Assembly: GCA_963697755.1 (NCBI GenBank)
Contig: CAVOPE010000008.1
Location: 513,788 to 577,787, forward strand
Reading direction: 5' to 3'
Source: an uncultured Gemmatimonadales bacterium
Lineage (GTDB): Bacteria > Gemmatimonadota > Gemmatimonadetes > Gemmatimonadales > GWC2-71-9
DNA: 64,000 bases
In this document: piece after piece, positions 1-9,246 of the stretch
Position numbering within the stretch: position 1 is the stretch's first letter
Layout of the letters: each line of letters starts with the position of its first letter
The notes under the pieces: generated by a model
What the model was told of the DNA's origin: nothing
The model's input: the letters and a program-made list of their open reading frames with translations, nothing else
Databases searched by the model: none
Translations under genes and position numbers: made by a program

Positions 1-315
1 AGTGGCCACCACCGCGGGCACGTGGGGCGCGACGAAGAAATCCATCTGCGGCCGCTTCTGCCGGTCTTCCTGCACGCGGAACACGACCGACGTCGGCTGG
101 CCCACGACCGGCTCGGCGAGTCGAGACAGCAGCGTCGCGTGCTTGGTCTCGTTCCATTCCACCGCGAACTGATCCGGCGCGCCCACGATGAGGCGACCCT
201 CGTCGAGGGCGATCGCCTCGGTAGGCTCTAGCCAGGTCCGGATCGTGTGATCAGGAAGCTCGCGATGCGCCTCATCGAGGATTCGCTTCCAGGCGTCTTT
301 GGCGGACAGCTGCAT
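1..315 (-). CDS. dnaA: Chromosomal replication initiator DnaA, N-terminal 105 codons (ORF open at window start)
   Basis: Own minus-strand translation from the ATG at 315 gives MQLSAKDAWKRILDEAHRELPDHTIRTWLEPTEAIALDEGRLIVGAPDQFAVEWNETKHATLLSRLAEP..., a DnaA domain I pattern. It is divergent from rpmH-rnpA-yidD-yidC-mnmE. It is absent from the ORF track because it is open-ended. Confidence 0.8.
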   Translation of the reverse strand, partial: MQLSAKDAWKRILDEAHRELPDHTIRTWLEPTEAIALDEGRLIVGAPDQFAVEWNETKHATLLSRLAEPVVGQPTSVVFRVQEDRQKRPQMDFFVAPHVPAVVAT

Positions 316-648
316 CGATGCTCGAAAACGGTGGGGGATTGATCAAGGGCGAGAGATGTTACGGAACGGGTGTGGAAAAGTCAACCAGGCATCAACGCGC
401 GTGACAGCGCTCTTGACAGCGCGGAAATTCTCGCACGCGAGAGTGCGAGCATGCTGTCGCCCATGCTGTCGCCATGGTGAAGGTGAGAGGGAGAGGACGG
501 AGACGACGGAGAACGACGAACTTCGTGAAGCGGCTTTTCCCTCCGTCCCGTTCGTCATCTTTGTCCTGTTCGGTCACTCCCCCTCCTGCTTGACCTCGAC
601 CTGCTCCCTAACTAGCTTCCCGGGCTCACTTTGGGAGGAACGCTCGCC

Positions 649-810
649 ATGAAACCGTCGTATCGGCCGCGCAACAAGCGCCGGATCAACAAGCACGGCT
701 TCCGCGCCCGCATGGCCACACGCTGGGGGCGCGCGGTCCTTTCTCGCCGCCGCAAGAAGGGCCGCAAGCAGCTCACCGTCTCGTTGCCGTCGAAGCACGG
801 GGGTTCCTGA
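649..810 (+). CDS. rpmH: 50S ribosomal protein L34
   Basis: Own translation gives [53 protein letters not shown] (53 aa, below the ORF-track cut-off). A gggagga RBS lies upstream. It is the first gene of the classic cluster. Confidence 0.93.
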   Translation: MKPSYRPRNKRRINKHGFRARMATRWGRAVLSRRRKKGRKQLTVSLPSKHGGS

Positions 811-911
811 CGCCCTCGGCGCGCCTCCCGCGAGCCCATCGGCTCGCGCGCGCGTCGGATATTCGCCGGTGCCTCAGCCAGGGACGGCGCCGCCGCTTCG
901 AGCATCTGGAC

Positions 912-1160
912 ATGATCTGGATGGACAACACGACGGGCCACGCGCGGATGGGACTGATCGTTCCGAAGTTTCAGTCGACCGCCGTGGCCCGCAACCGTCT
1001 GCGCCGCCGGCTCCGCGAGCTCTGGCGGCGCGAGTTGCAGCCGCATCAGCCCGCGTGCGACCTCGTCATCCGGGCGCGCCGTGAAGCCTACGCCGCCGCG
1101 TTCGAGGAACTGCAGCGGGACCTGCTGACCTGGCGACGCACGGTGTTGGGGGCCGGGTGA
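912..1160 (+). CDS. rnpA: Ribonuclease P protein component (start uncertain; homology continues upstream of the first ATG)
   Basis: The track ORF contains ...[28 protein letters not shown]... (RnpA KK.g.AV.RNR.KR motif). The in-frame upstream codons 807-911 read [35 protein letters not shown], which looks like the RnpA N-terminus but holds no ATG/GTG/TTG. Confidence 0.8.
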   Translation: MIWMDNTTGHARMGLIVPKFQSTAVARNRLRRRLRELWRRELQPHQPACDLVIRARREAYAAAFEELQRDLLTWRRTVLGAG

Positions 1161-1402
1161 CCGATCTCGGCTTGCGCGCGGCCAGGGAGTATCCCCGCCA
1201 GCTGCTCGTCTCGCTGATCCGCGGCTACCGACGCTTCCTGTCCCCGGCGCTGCCACCCAGCTGCCGCTTTCATCCGTCCTGCTCCCAGTACGCGCTCGAG
1301 GCCGTCACCCGGTACGGCGTGTTGCGCGGCGCCTGGCTCGCCGTCCGTCGACTCGCTCGCTGTCATCCGTTCCATCCGGGCGGCTTCGACCCCGTCCCCT
1401 GA
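1157..1402 (+). CDS. yidD: Membrane protein insertion efficiency factor YidD
   Basis: 81 aa with the YidD signature [25 protein letters not shown]...[14 protein letters not shown]. The GTG start overlaps the rnpA stop by 4 nt. Confidence 0.9.
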   Translation: MTDLGLRAAREYPRQLLVSLIRGYRRFLSPALPPSCRFHPSCSQYALEAVTRYGVLRGAWLAVRRLARCHPFHPGGFDPVP

Positions 1403-1419
1403 CCCCGTGAACTGAGCTC

Positions 1420-3150
1420 ATGGACCGTCGTACCGTTTGGGCGATTCTCCTGATGATGGTGATCGCCATCGCGCCCGCGATTTTCATCAAGCGCCCGCCG
1501 CGTCCGGCGCCCGGCGCCGCGGACAGCACTGCGACCACCCCGTCGTCCCCCGCGCCCGCGAGCCCCGCGGCTCCCGCGGCGGGCGTCGACAGCCTGCGCG
1601 CCGCGCGGGATACCGGATCGCGCGCCCCGACCGCGGGCCCCGCTGCCACCGGCATCGATACGGTGCAGGTCACCTCGCCGCTCTACACCTATGGCGTCAG
1701 CACCGCGGGTGGACGGCTGGTCCAGGCGCGGCTGCTGCGGCACCGCTCGATGGCCCCGCAGGATAGCGGCGGGGCCGCGCAGATCCTGCCGCCGGACAGC
1801 CGGCTCCTCGCGCTCACCCTGGTGCTCGGGCGCGATACCATCCAGCTGGACGACTGGGCGTTCTCGGCATCCACCAAGGCGCTCCACGTCAACGGCCCCA
1901 CGCCGCTCCGCCTCAGCGCCTCGCGCGGAGCGGTGAACGTGGACATGACCTACACCTTCGTGCCGGACGACTACCGCATCGCGGTCGCGGGACGGATCAC
2001 CGGCGTGGGCCCCAATGGCGGGACGCTCCTGGTGGGCATGGGGCCGACTTTGGCCAATACCGAGGCCAACATCGAGGAGAATCACCACGCGCTGGCCGTG
2101 GTGACCCGGCACAGCGACGCGGAGCGCATCGACCTGGGCGGCCTCAAGCCGGGCGAGACCAAGACGGTGAGCGGTCCGCTCGACTGGGCGGCGATAAAGT
2201 CCAAGTACTTCGTCACCGGCATCCTGGCCTATGACAGCACCGGCGGTCGCATCGGCGGCGCCGCCATTCGGGGGCGGCCGACGACCGAGAAGCGGCCTAC
2301 CGAGGCCGACGTCCAGCTGAGCCTGCCGCTGCCGCCGAGCGGGGACTTCAGCTACACCACCTACGCCGGGCCGATGGAGTACGACCGACTCGGCCGCCTC
2401 GGCCGCGGGTTCGACGACGTCAACCCGTACGGCTGGCCCGGCTTCCGCACGATCATCCGGCCGGTAGCGGTCGGCGTGCGGTGGCTCCTGGTCTGGATGC
2501 ACGAGCACCTCCACCTGGCCTACGGTCTCGTGCTGGTCTTCTTCGGCATCCTCGTCCGCGTGCTGCTCTGGCCGCTCAACCAGAAGGCCATGCGGGCCAA
2601 CATGCAGCTGCAGGCCGTGCAGCCTCTGATGAAGGAGATCCAGGAGCGCCACAAGAACGACCCGCAGAAGCTGCAGCAGGAGATGTTCAAGCTGTACAAG
2701 GAGTACAACGTGAACCCGCTGGGCGGCTGCTGGCCGATGCTGCTGCCGATGCCGGTGCTGTTCGCGCTGTTCTTCGTGTTCCAGAACACCATCGAGCTGC
2801 GCGGTGCGTCGTTCCTCTGGCTGCCGGACCTTTCCCGGCCCGACCCGCTCTACATCATCCCGGTGATCATGGGCGCGTCGATGTGGGGGCTGAGCAAGGT
2901 GGGACAGGTCGGCATGGAGCCGAACCCGCAGATGAAGATGATGCTCTACGTCATGCCCATCATGATGACGTTCCTGTTCCTCAACTTCGCCTCGGGGCTC
3001 AACCTGTACTACGCGGTCAGCAACATCGCGAGCATACCCCAGCAGTGGATGCTGGCCCGCGAACGGCTGCGGAAAGCGGGCACGGCGACGGTCAGCACCA
3101 AGCCGGCGGCGGCGGTGGCGGGGAAGGCCGGGGGCAAGCGGAAGGGCTGA
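1420..3150 (+). CDS. yidC: Membrane protein insertase YidC
   Basis: 576 aa with an N-terminal TM segment, a large periplasmic domain and a C-terminal 60 kDa-IMP core (WPLNQKAMRANMQLQAVQPLMKEIQERHKNDPQKLQQEMFKLYKEYNVNPLGGCWPMLLPMPVLFALF). Confidence 0.95.
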   Translation: MDRRTVWAILLMMVIAIAPAIFIKRPPRPAPGAADSTATTPSSPAPASPAAPAAGVDSLRAARDTGSRAPTAGPAATGIDTVQVTSPLYTYGVSTAGGRLVQARLLRHRSMAPQDSGGAAQILPPDSRLLALTLVLGRDTIQLDDWAFSASTKALHVNGPTPLRLSASRGAVNVDMTYTFVPDDYRIAVAGRITGVGPNGGTLLVGMGPTLANTEANIEENHHALAVVTRHSDAERIDLGGLKPGETKTVSGPLDWAAIKSKYFVTGILAYDSTGGRIGGAAIRGRPTTEKRPTEADVQLSLPLPPSGDFSYTTYAGPMEYDRLGRLGRGFDDVNPYGWPGFRTIIRPVAVGVRWLLVWMHEHLHLAYGLVLVFFGILVRVLLWPLNQKAMRANMQLQAVQPLMKEIQERHKNDPQKLQQEMFKLYKEYNVNPLGGCWPMLLPMPVLFALFFVFQNTIELRGASFLWLPDLSRPDPLYIIPVIMGASMWGLSKVGQVGMEPNPQMKMMLYVMPIMMTFLFLNFASGLNLYYAVSNIASIPQQWMLARERLRKAGTATVSTKPAAAVAGKAGGKRKG

Positions 3151-3166
3151 GGCGCTTCGTCCCCCG

Positions 3167-4507
3167 ATGCTCTCCGACCCGATCGCCGCCCTCGCGACGC
3201 CGCCGGGACGCTCGGCCGTCGCCGTGGTGCGTCTCAGCGGCACCGGGGCCTTTGCGGTCGCGGCGCGGGTTATCGACGGCTTCCGGCCCCACCCGCCTCG
3301 CCAAGCCACGCTCGCCGCCTTTCACGGCCCCGATGGCGAGCCCATCGACCGCGGCCTCTACACCGTGTTCCCGGCTCCCCACAGCTATACCGGCGAGGAT
3401 CTCGTCGAGCTCTCGTGTCACGGCGGGCTGCTCGCGCCCGCCCGGGTGCTGGCCGCGCTCCACGCCGCCGGTGCGCGCCCCGCGGCGGCGGGCGAGTTCA
3501 CCCGCCGCGCGGTGATGCACGGCAAGCTCGACCTGGTCCAGGCAGAAGCCGTCGGCGACCTCATCGACGCCACTGCGGCGGCGCAGGCCAGGGCGGCGCT
3601 CGGCCAGCTCGACGGCGGTCTCTCCCGTCGGGTGGCCGAGCTGCGCCAGGCGTTGCTCGACGTCGAGGGCCTGCTGGCGTACGCGATCGACTTTCCCGAG
3701 GAAGACGACGGGCCGGTGCCGACCAGCCGAGTGGCGACGGAGCTCGCCGCGGTGGCCGGGCGGATCGATCGGCTGCTCGCATCCGCGCCCGCCGCCGAGC
3801 GGCTGCGGGAGGGGGCCCTGCTGGTCCTGGCCGGCCGTCCGAACGCGGGGAAATCGTCCTTGTTCAACGCGCTGCTGGGCACCGATCGCGCGCTGGTGAC
3901 CGAGGTGCCGGGCACGACGCGGGACGCGGTCGAGGCCCACACCGATTTTCTGGGATGGCCGATCCGGCTGGTGGACACGGCCGGGCTTTGGGAGGCACCC
4001 GATCGGATCGATCGGCTCGGGGTCGAGGTGAGCCGACGCTACGTGTCCGCGGCGGACCTCGTGTTGCTCTGCGTCGAGACGGGCCCGGCGCCCGCCGCGG
4101 ACGACGCCGACCTCGCGCCACGCGAGCGGGCGCTGGTCGTGCGCACGAAGTCCGATCTCGATGACGGGGCGATGTCAGGCGCGAGCGATGGCGGGCTGCC
4201 GGTATCCGCGGTGACGGGCAACGGGCTCGACGAGCTGCGCCGCACCGCGGCGGCGCGACTGTTCGGCGATCGGATCGCCCTCGCCGATCTGGAGCCCGCG
4301 CTGACCCGCGCGCGCCACCGCACGGCGCTGGCACGGGCGCAGAGCGCGCTCGCCGACGCGCGCGCCCAGCTCCTCGGCGCGGGCGACGCGGTGCTGGTGG
4401 CGCACCACGTCCGAGATGCGACGACCGCCCTCGATGAGCTCATCGGGGCGGTCGACATCGAGGAGATCCTCGATCGGGTGTTCGCCAGCTTCTGCATCGG
4501 CAAGTAG
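3167..4507 (+). CDS. mnmE: tRNA modification GTPase MnmE
   Basis: 446 aa with G-domain motifs (GRPNAGKSSLFNALL, DTAG) and the diagnostic C-terminal FCIGK. Confidence 0.95.
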   Translation: MLSDPIAALATPPGRSAVAVVRLSGTGAFAVAARVIDGFRPHPPRQATLAAFHGPDGEPIDRGLYTVFPAPHSYTGEDLVELSCHGGLLAPARVLAALHAAGARPAAAGEFTRRAVMHGKLDLVQAEAVGDLIDATAAAQARAALGQLDGGLSRRVAELRQALLDVEGLLAYAIDFPEEDDGPVPTSRVATELAAVAGRIDRLLASAPAAERLREGALLVLAGRPNAGKSSLFNALLGTDRALVTEVPGTTRDAVEAHTDFLGWPIRLVDTAGLWEAPDRIDRLGVEVSRRYVSAADLVLLCVETGPAPAADDADLAPRERALVVRTKSDLDDGAMSGASDGGLPVSAVTGNGLDELRRTAAARLFGDRIALADLEPALTRARHRTALARAQSALADARAQLLGAGDAVLVAHHVRDATTALDELIGAVDIEEILDRVFASFCIGK

Positions 4508-4523
4508 CCGCCGGACCGGGCGG

Positions 4524-5477
4524 CTACGCCGTCTGGATCCCCCGTGCCAGGTCCTCGGCCGCCTGGAACGCGAGCGCCGGCGCCCGTAACGCCTCCGCCA
4601 GCCCGCGCTCCGCGACCAGCGCCTCCGTCATCCGATAGCCCAGGTAATAGCCGGAGCGCTCCGGCAGGACGCGACCGCTCACCAGCCGCGCGGTCGGGCT
4701 CATGCCGCCCGACAGGTAGCGGAGCCGCAGCCCGAGCCCACTCTGCTCCAGGTCGGGCTCGACGACCCGGCGGAGAAACGCCTCCATCTCCCGCAGGCGG
4801 TGATACTGCCGACGGGGATAGCCGAAGTAGTCCGCCGAATCGAAGCCCGGCGCCACGGCCTGCGCCGCATGCACGGCCAACCCCTCGTTGACCAGGAGCT
4901 CGCGGAGCGACGCGCGGCTTCCGGTGGACCAGTAGTCGTAGTAGCCGCCGGCTTCCGTCACCAGCCGCCGCATGTCGCTGACGCTGGTGGCGGACGTGTA
5001 GCGCACCGTGTGGGCCAGCTCGTGCCCGATCCACAGCGGGATCAGGTCGGGCGGCAGGCCCATGCCGTAGGTCTCGGGATTGACGCGTCCGGTGAAGTGC
5101 TCGAGGCAGATGAACGCGACACCTCGTCCGCCGACCACGAGCTCGCCCGCGTTGGCGCCGCCGAGCCCGACCATCAGGTAGGTGTCGGTCGGTCGGTCCA
5201 CCTGCAGCACTTCTTCCGCGCGCGTGATCGCTTCCTCGGCGAGCGGCACGAGATCGATGTTGTGCGCCAGGGTGAACAGGTCACTGCGATCAGCCCGCAG
5301 CGCGGCGGTGACGATTTCGCCGGCGTGCGGGCTGTCGGGGTCGAGCACGTAGTTGCGCCAGTAGGCGTCGAGGATCGGTCGGTGGGATTCCCGGTACTGC
5401 CGATACGCCTCCTCCCGGTCGCTGGCATCGAGCACCGCGAGGAAATCGGGAAGAAGATTGATCAGCACGGCGCACAA
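4524..5477 (-). CDS. Putative zinc metalloprotease (DUF2268-like, HExxH)
   Basis: 317 aa with an HELAH motif. The overall pattern resembles predicted Zn-dependent proteases; the family assignment is from memory. Confidence 0.55.
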   Translation of the reverse strand: MCAVLINLLPDFLAVLDASDREEAYRQYRESHRPILDAYWRNYVLDPDSPHAGEIVTAALRADRSDLFTLAHNIDLVPLAEEAITRAEEVLQVDRPTDTYLMVGLGGANAGELVVGGRGVAFICLEHFTGRVNPETYGMGLPPDLIPLWIGHELAHTVRYTSATSVSDMRRLVTEAGGYYDYWSTGSRASLRELLVNEGLAVHAAQAVAPGFDSADYFGYPRRQYHRLREMEAFLRRVVEPDLEQSGLGLRLRYLSGGMSPTARLVSGRVLPERSGYYLGYRMTEALVAERGLAEALRAPALAFQAAEDLARGIQTA

Positions 5478-5504
5478 TACGAAAGGCGAACTAAAGACGC
5501 AAGG

Positions 5505-6344
5505 CTAATGCTCCTGCTTCTTCTGCCGCGAAACTTCGTCGAGGAACCGGCGCTCGGCGGCGGTGAGGCTGTTCATTCCCTGCTCGCTGATCTTGTCGAG
5601 CACCCGATCGACCTCCGCCGCCACTGGATCGGCGTCGGCCCGTCGGCGCGGCCGGATCGGCGCCGGCGGCGTGCGGTGCTGATCGGGCTCCGCGGCGCCG
5701 GACTGGACCATCACCACGCGCTCGACGGCGCGGGGCGGAGGATGCGGATGCCGGCGCGAGAGCGCCTGGAGCCGGAAGAACAGATACCCGAAGCCCGCGC
5801 CGCCCACGTGCGCCAGGTGGGCGACGCCGTCGTCGGGCGTGAGCTGGGAGAAGATGATGTCGAGGCCGATGAGCACGAGGATGAAGGTCCGAGCCTTCAC
5901 CGGCATCGGGAGGGGAAACACCAGGAGCTCGGCGTCCGGCCAGAGCAGCGCGAAGGCGACGCCGACGCCCAGCACCGCGCCCGACGCGCCCACGATGGGC
6001 GCGGTCGGCATGATGCCCGACAGGACCAGACTCAGCACCGCCGCGCCGATGCCGCAGTAGAGGTAGTAGAGCAGGAACGCCCGGCCGCCCAACCGGTGCT
6101 CGACCGCGGGACCGAAGACGAACAGCATCAGCATGTTGCCCAGCAGGTGCAGCAGCCCCGCGTGGACGAACATGTAGGTCACGAAGGTCCACGGCCGGCG
6201 GAGCGCCTCGCCCGGCGCGAAGCGGAGCGCCTCCTGCAGCGCCGGGGAGGTGAAGACCGTCATGAGCAGGAGCAGCACCACCGCGTTCGCGATGATGAGC
6301 CGCCCCACCCAGGGGGTCAATCGGTTGGAAGGAGAAAGGTTCAT
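5505..6344 (-). CDS. Rhomboid family intramembrane serine protease
   Basis: Track ORF 5505..6686 trimmed to the ATG at 6344 (MNLSPSNRL...) to avoid overlap with ddl. It has rhomboid motifs HAGLLHLLGNM and GASGAVLG plus multiple TM segments. Confidence 0.85.
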   Translation of the reverse strand: MNLSPSNRLTPWVGRLIIANAVVLLLLMTVFTSPALQEALRFAPGEALRRPWTFVTYMFVHAGLLHLLGNMLMLFVFGPAVEHRLGGRAFLLYYLYCGIGAAVLSLVLSGIMPTAPIVGASGAVLGVGVAFALLWPDAELLVFPLPMPVKARTFILVLIGLDIIFSQLTPDDGVAHLAHVGGAGFGYLFFRLQALSRRHPHPPPRAVERVVMVQSGAAEPDQHRTPPAPIRPRRRADADPVAAEVDRVLDKISEQGMNSLTAAERRFLDEVSRQKKQEH

Positions 6345-6379
6345 CACGCCACGCCTTGTACGCTGAGACCCCACGACTC

Positions 6380-7429
<1,050 letters not shown>

Positions 7430-8818
7430 CTACCGTGACCCTATCAGCTGCTGCAGCACGTCGTACCGGCTCACGATCCCGACCAGCTTCCCCTCCCGGC
7501 GCACCAGAGCCGCCGGGTTCTCCCGCGTGAGCATCGCTCCCACGCGGTCGGTCGGCGTGGTGGCTTCGACCTCGGGAAACGGCGGATCCATCACCTCGCT
7601 CACCGGGCGATCGAGCAGCGCCGGCTGGGCGAGCGCGCGGGTCATCAGCGTGCCCTCGATCAGTCCCCCCACGGACTGCCCGTTCTCGAGCACCGGGATC
7701 TGGCTCACGCCCCACGTGTTCATGAGGGTGAGGGCCTGCCGGACGGCCGCGGCGGGTGCCACGCTCACCACCGCCGGCGCGTTGGCCGGCCGGCGCTCGA
7801 GCAGCTCCTGGACCGTAGTCCGCGGGGTCTCGAGCATCTGGTTCTCCTGCATCCACGCGTCGTTGAACTGCTTGGAGAGGTAGCGCTCCCCGGTGTCGCA
7901 CAGGATGGTGACGATCAGCGCGTCGGCGTCGTTGAGCTCGCGTGCCAGGTCGACGGCCAGCGCCACGTTGAGCCCCGCCGAGCCGCCGAGGAGGAGTCCT
8001 TCCTCACGGGCGAGCCGGCGGGCCATCATGAAGGAGGTCTTGTCCGACGCTTGGCGGAACTCGTCGATCCAGTCGAACCACACGGTGGTGGGGATCTTGT
8101 CGCCCCCGATCCCCTCCACCTTATACGGGTGGCCGTCGCCCATGGTTCTGGTGTGGTGGTAGTGGGTGTAGAGCGACCCCACGGGGTCGCCGGCGATGAC
8201 CCGGATCTTGGGGTTCTTCTCCTTGAGGTACTTCCCCGCGCCGCTTACGGTCCCGCCCGTCCCCGCGCCGGCCACGAAATGGGTGACCCGTCCTTCGGTC
8301 TGCTGCCAGATCTCCGGCCCCATGGTGGCGAAGTGCGCCTCGGGATTCACCTGATTGTAGAACTGATTGGCCAGGATCGCGCCGGGCGTCTCGCGCACGA
8401 TCTGCTTGGCCTTCATCACGTAGTGGTCGGGATGGTCCGGCGGCACGGCGGTCGGCGTGACCACCACCTCGGCCCCGTAGGCCTTGAGCAGCCGCACCTT
8501 CTCCATCGACATCTTGTCCGGCATCGTGAAGATGCAGCGGTAGCCCTTGATGCACGCGGCAATCGCCAGCCCGACGCCGGTGTTGCCGCTGGTCCCCTCG
8601 ACGATGGTGCCGCCCGGCCGGAGCTCGCCCCGCCGCTCCGCGTCCTCGATGATGGCGAGCCCGATCCGGTCCTTCACCGAGCCACCCGGGTTGGCGTATT
8701 CCGCCTTGCCGTAGATGGGGGTGCGGAGGCCCGCGCCGATCCGGCCGAGCCGGATGAGCGGCGTCCAGCCGATGGTCTCGAGGACGGAGTCGTACGGCCG
8801 GAGGTGCGGAGGTGTCAT
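7430..8818 (-). CDS. Cystathionine beta-synthase-like PLP enzyme with C-terminal CBS-domain pair
   Basis: Track ORF trimmed to the ATG at 8818 (MTPPHLRPYDS...). It has the CysK/CBS fold motifs NPGGSVKDR and GTSGNTGVGLA, and a C-terminal CBS pair. Confidence 0.88.
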   Translation of the reverse strand: MTPPHLRPYDSVLETIGWTPLIRLGRIGAGLRTPIYGKAEYANPGGSVKDRIGLAIIEDAERRGELRPGGTIVEGTSGNTGVGLAIAACIKGYRCIFTMPDKMSMEKVRLLKAYGAEVVVTPTAVPPDHPDHYVMKAKQIVRETPGAILANQFYNQVNPEAHFATMGPEIWQQTEGRVTHFVAGAGTGGTVSGAGKYLKEKNPKIRVIAGDPVGSLYTHYHHTRTMGDGHPYKVEGIGGDKIPTTVWFDWIDEFRQASDKTSFMMARRLAREEGLLLGGSAGLNVALAVDLARELNDADALIVTILCDTGERYLSKQFNDAWMQENQMLETPRTTVQELLERRPANAPAVVSVAPAAAVRQALTLMNTWGVSQIPVLENGQSVGGLIEGTLMTRALAQPALLDRPVSEVMDPPFPEVEATTPTDRVGAMLTRENPAALVRREGKLVGIVSRYDVLQQLIGSR

Positions 8819-9246
8819 GGCGCGCTCAAGGTCCGGGGATTCCGGAAGTGGATCGGCTGGAGGAAGGCGCCGGCGACCGGCCGCCCGTGCCGTCGGGCGG
8901 GAGCGAAGCGCAGCGCCGCCGCGCCGGCCACCGCAGCGGAGTCGAGCGCCGGATACCCGCTCGACTCGGCCACCCGCGTGGAGTCGGGCGCAAGCGCGCC
9001 GGTCGAATCCGCGTAGAGCCGGAGGAGCACGCGGCCCTCGATGCCCTGCTCGAGCAGCGTAACCGGATAGTCCACCGGTGACACCGGATTGATGGCCACC
9101 GGAGACTGATCGGCGTCGCTGCTGGGCGGGACCGGGACGTTGGTGGAGATCCGAAAGGTGCCGTCGTCCTCGCGGCCGCACGCCCCGGCCAGCGCCCCCG
9201 CGAGCGCCGCCCCCGCGAGCGCCACCCCCGCGACGGCCCACCTCAC
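8815..9246 (-). CDS. TonB C-terminal domain lipoprotein
   Basis: A GTG at 9246 overlaps the mutS stop (GTGA). It has a lipobox-like LAGAC, and the C-terminal region (YPVTLLEQGIEGRVLLRLYADSTG...ALDSAAVAGAAALRFAPA) resembles the TonB_C fold. Confidence 0.65.
   Translation of the reverse strand: MRWAVAGVALAGAALAGALAGACGREDDGTFRISTNVPVPPSSDADQSPVAINPVSPVDYPVTLLEQGIEGRVLLRLYADSTGALAPDSTRVAESSGYPALDSAAVAGAAALRFAPARRHGRPVAGAFLQPIHFRNPRTLSAP

Noticed and set aside
316-648. dnaA-rpmH intergenic region as oriC
   Set aside because: I found only one DnaA-box-like 9-mer (TGTGGAAAA at 371-379). There is also a short direct repeat (catgctgtcgcc, two copies) and a small palindrome. I saw no cluster of boxes and no AT-rich unwinding element, so the origin may lie on the other side of dnaA.
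1363-3309. Very long antisense or off-frame ORFs throughout the window (for example 1363..3309-, 9429..12431+, 12404..13651-, 47258..49246-, 52059..53954+, 61571..63160- N-terminal part)
   Set aside because: These are typical high-GC shadow ORFs. Their products are Arg/Ala/Gly/Pro-rich low-complexity sequences with no motifs, and each overlaps a gene with clear family signatures on the other strand or in another frame.
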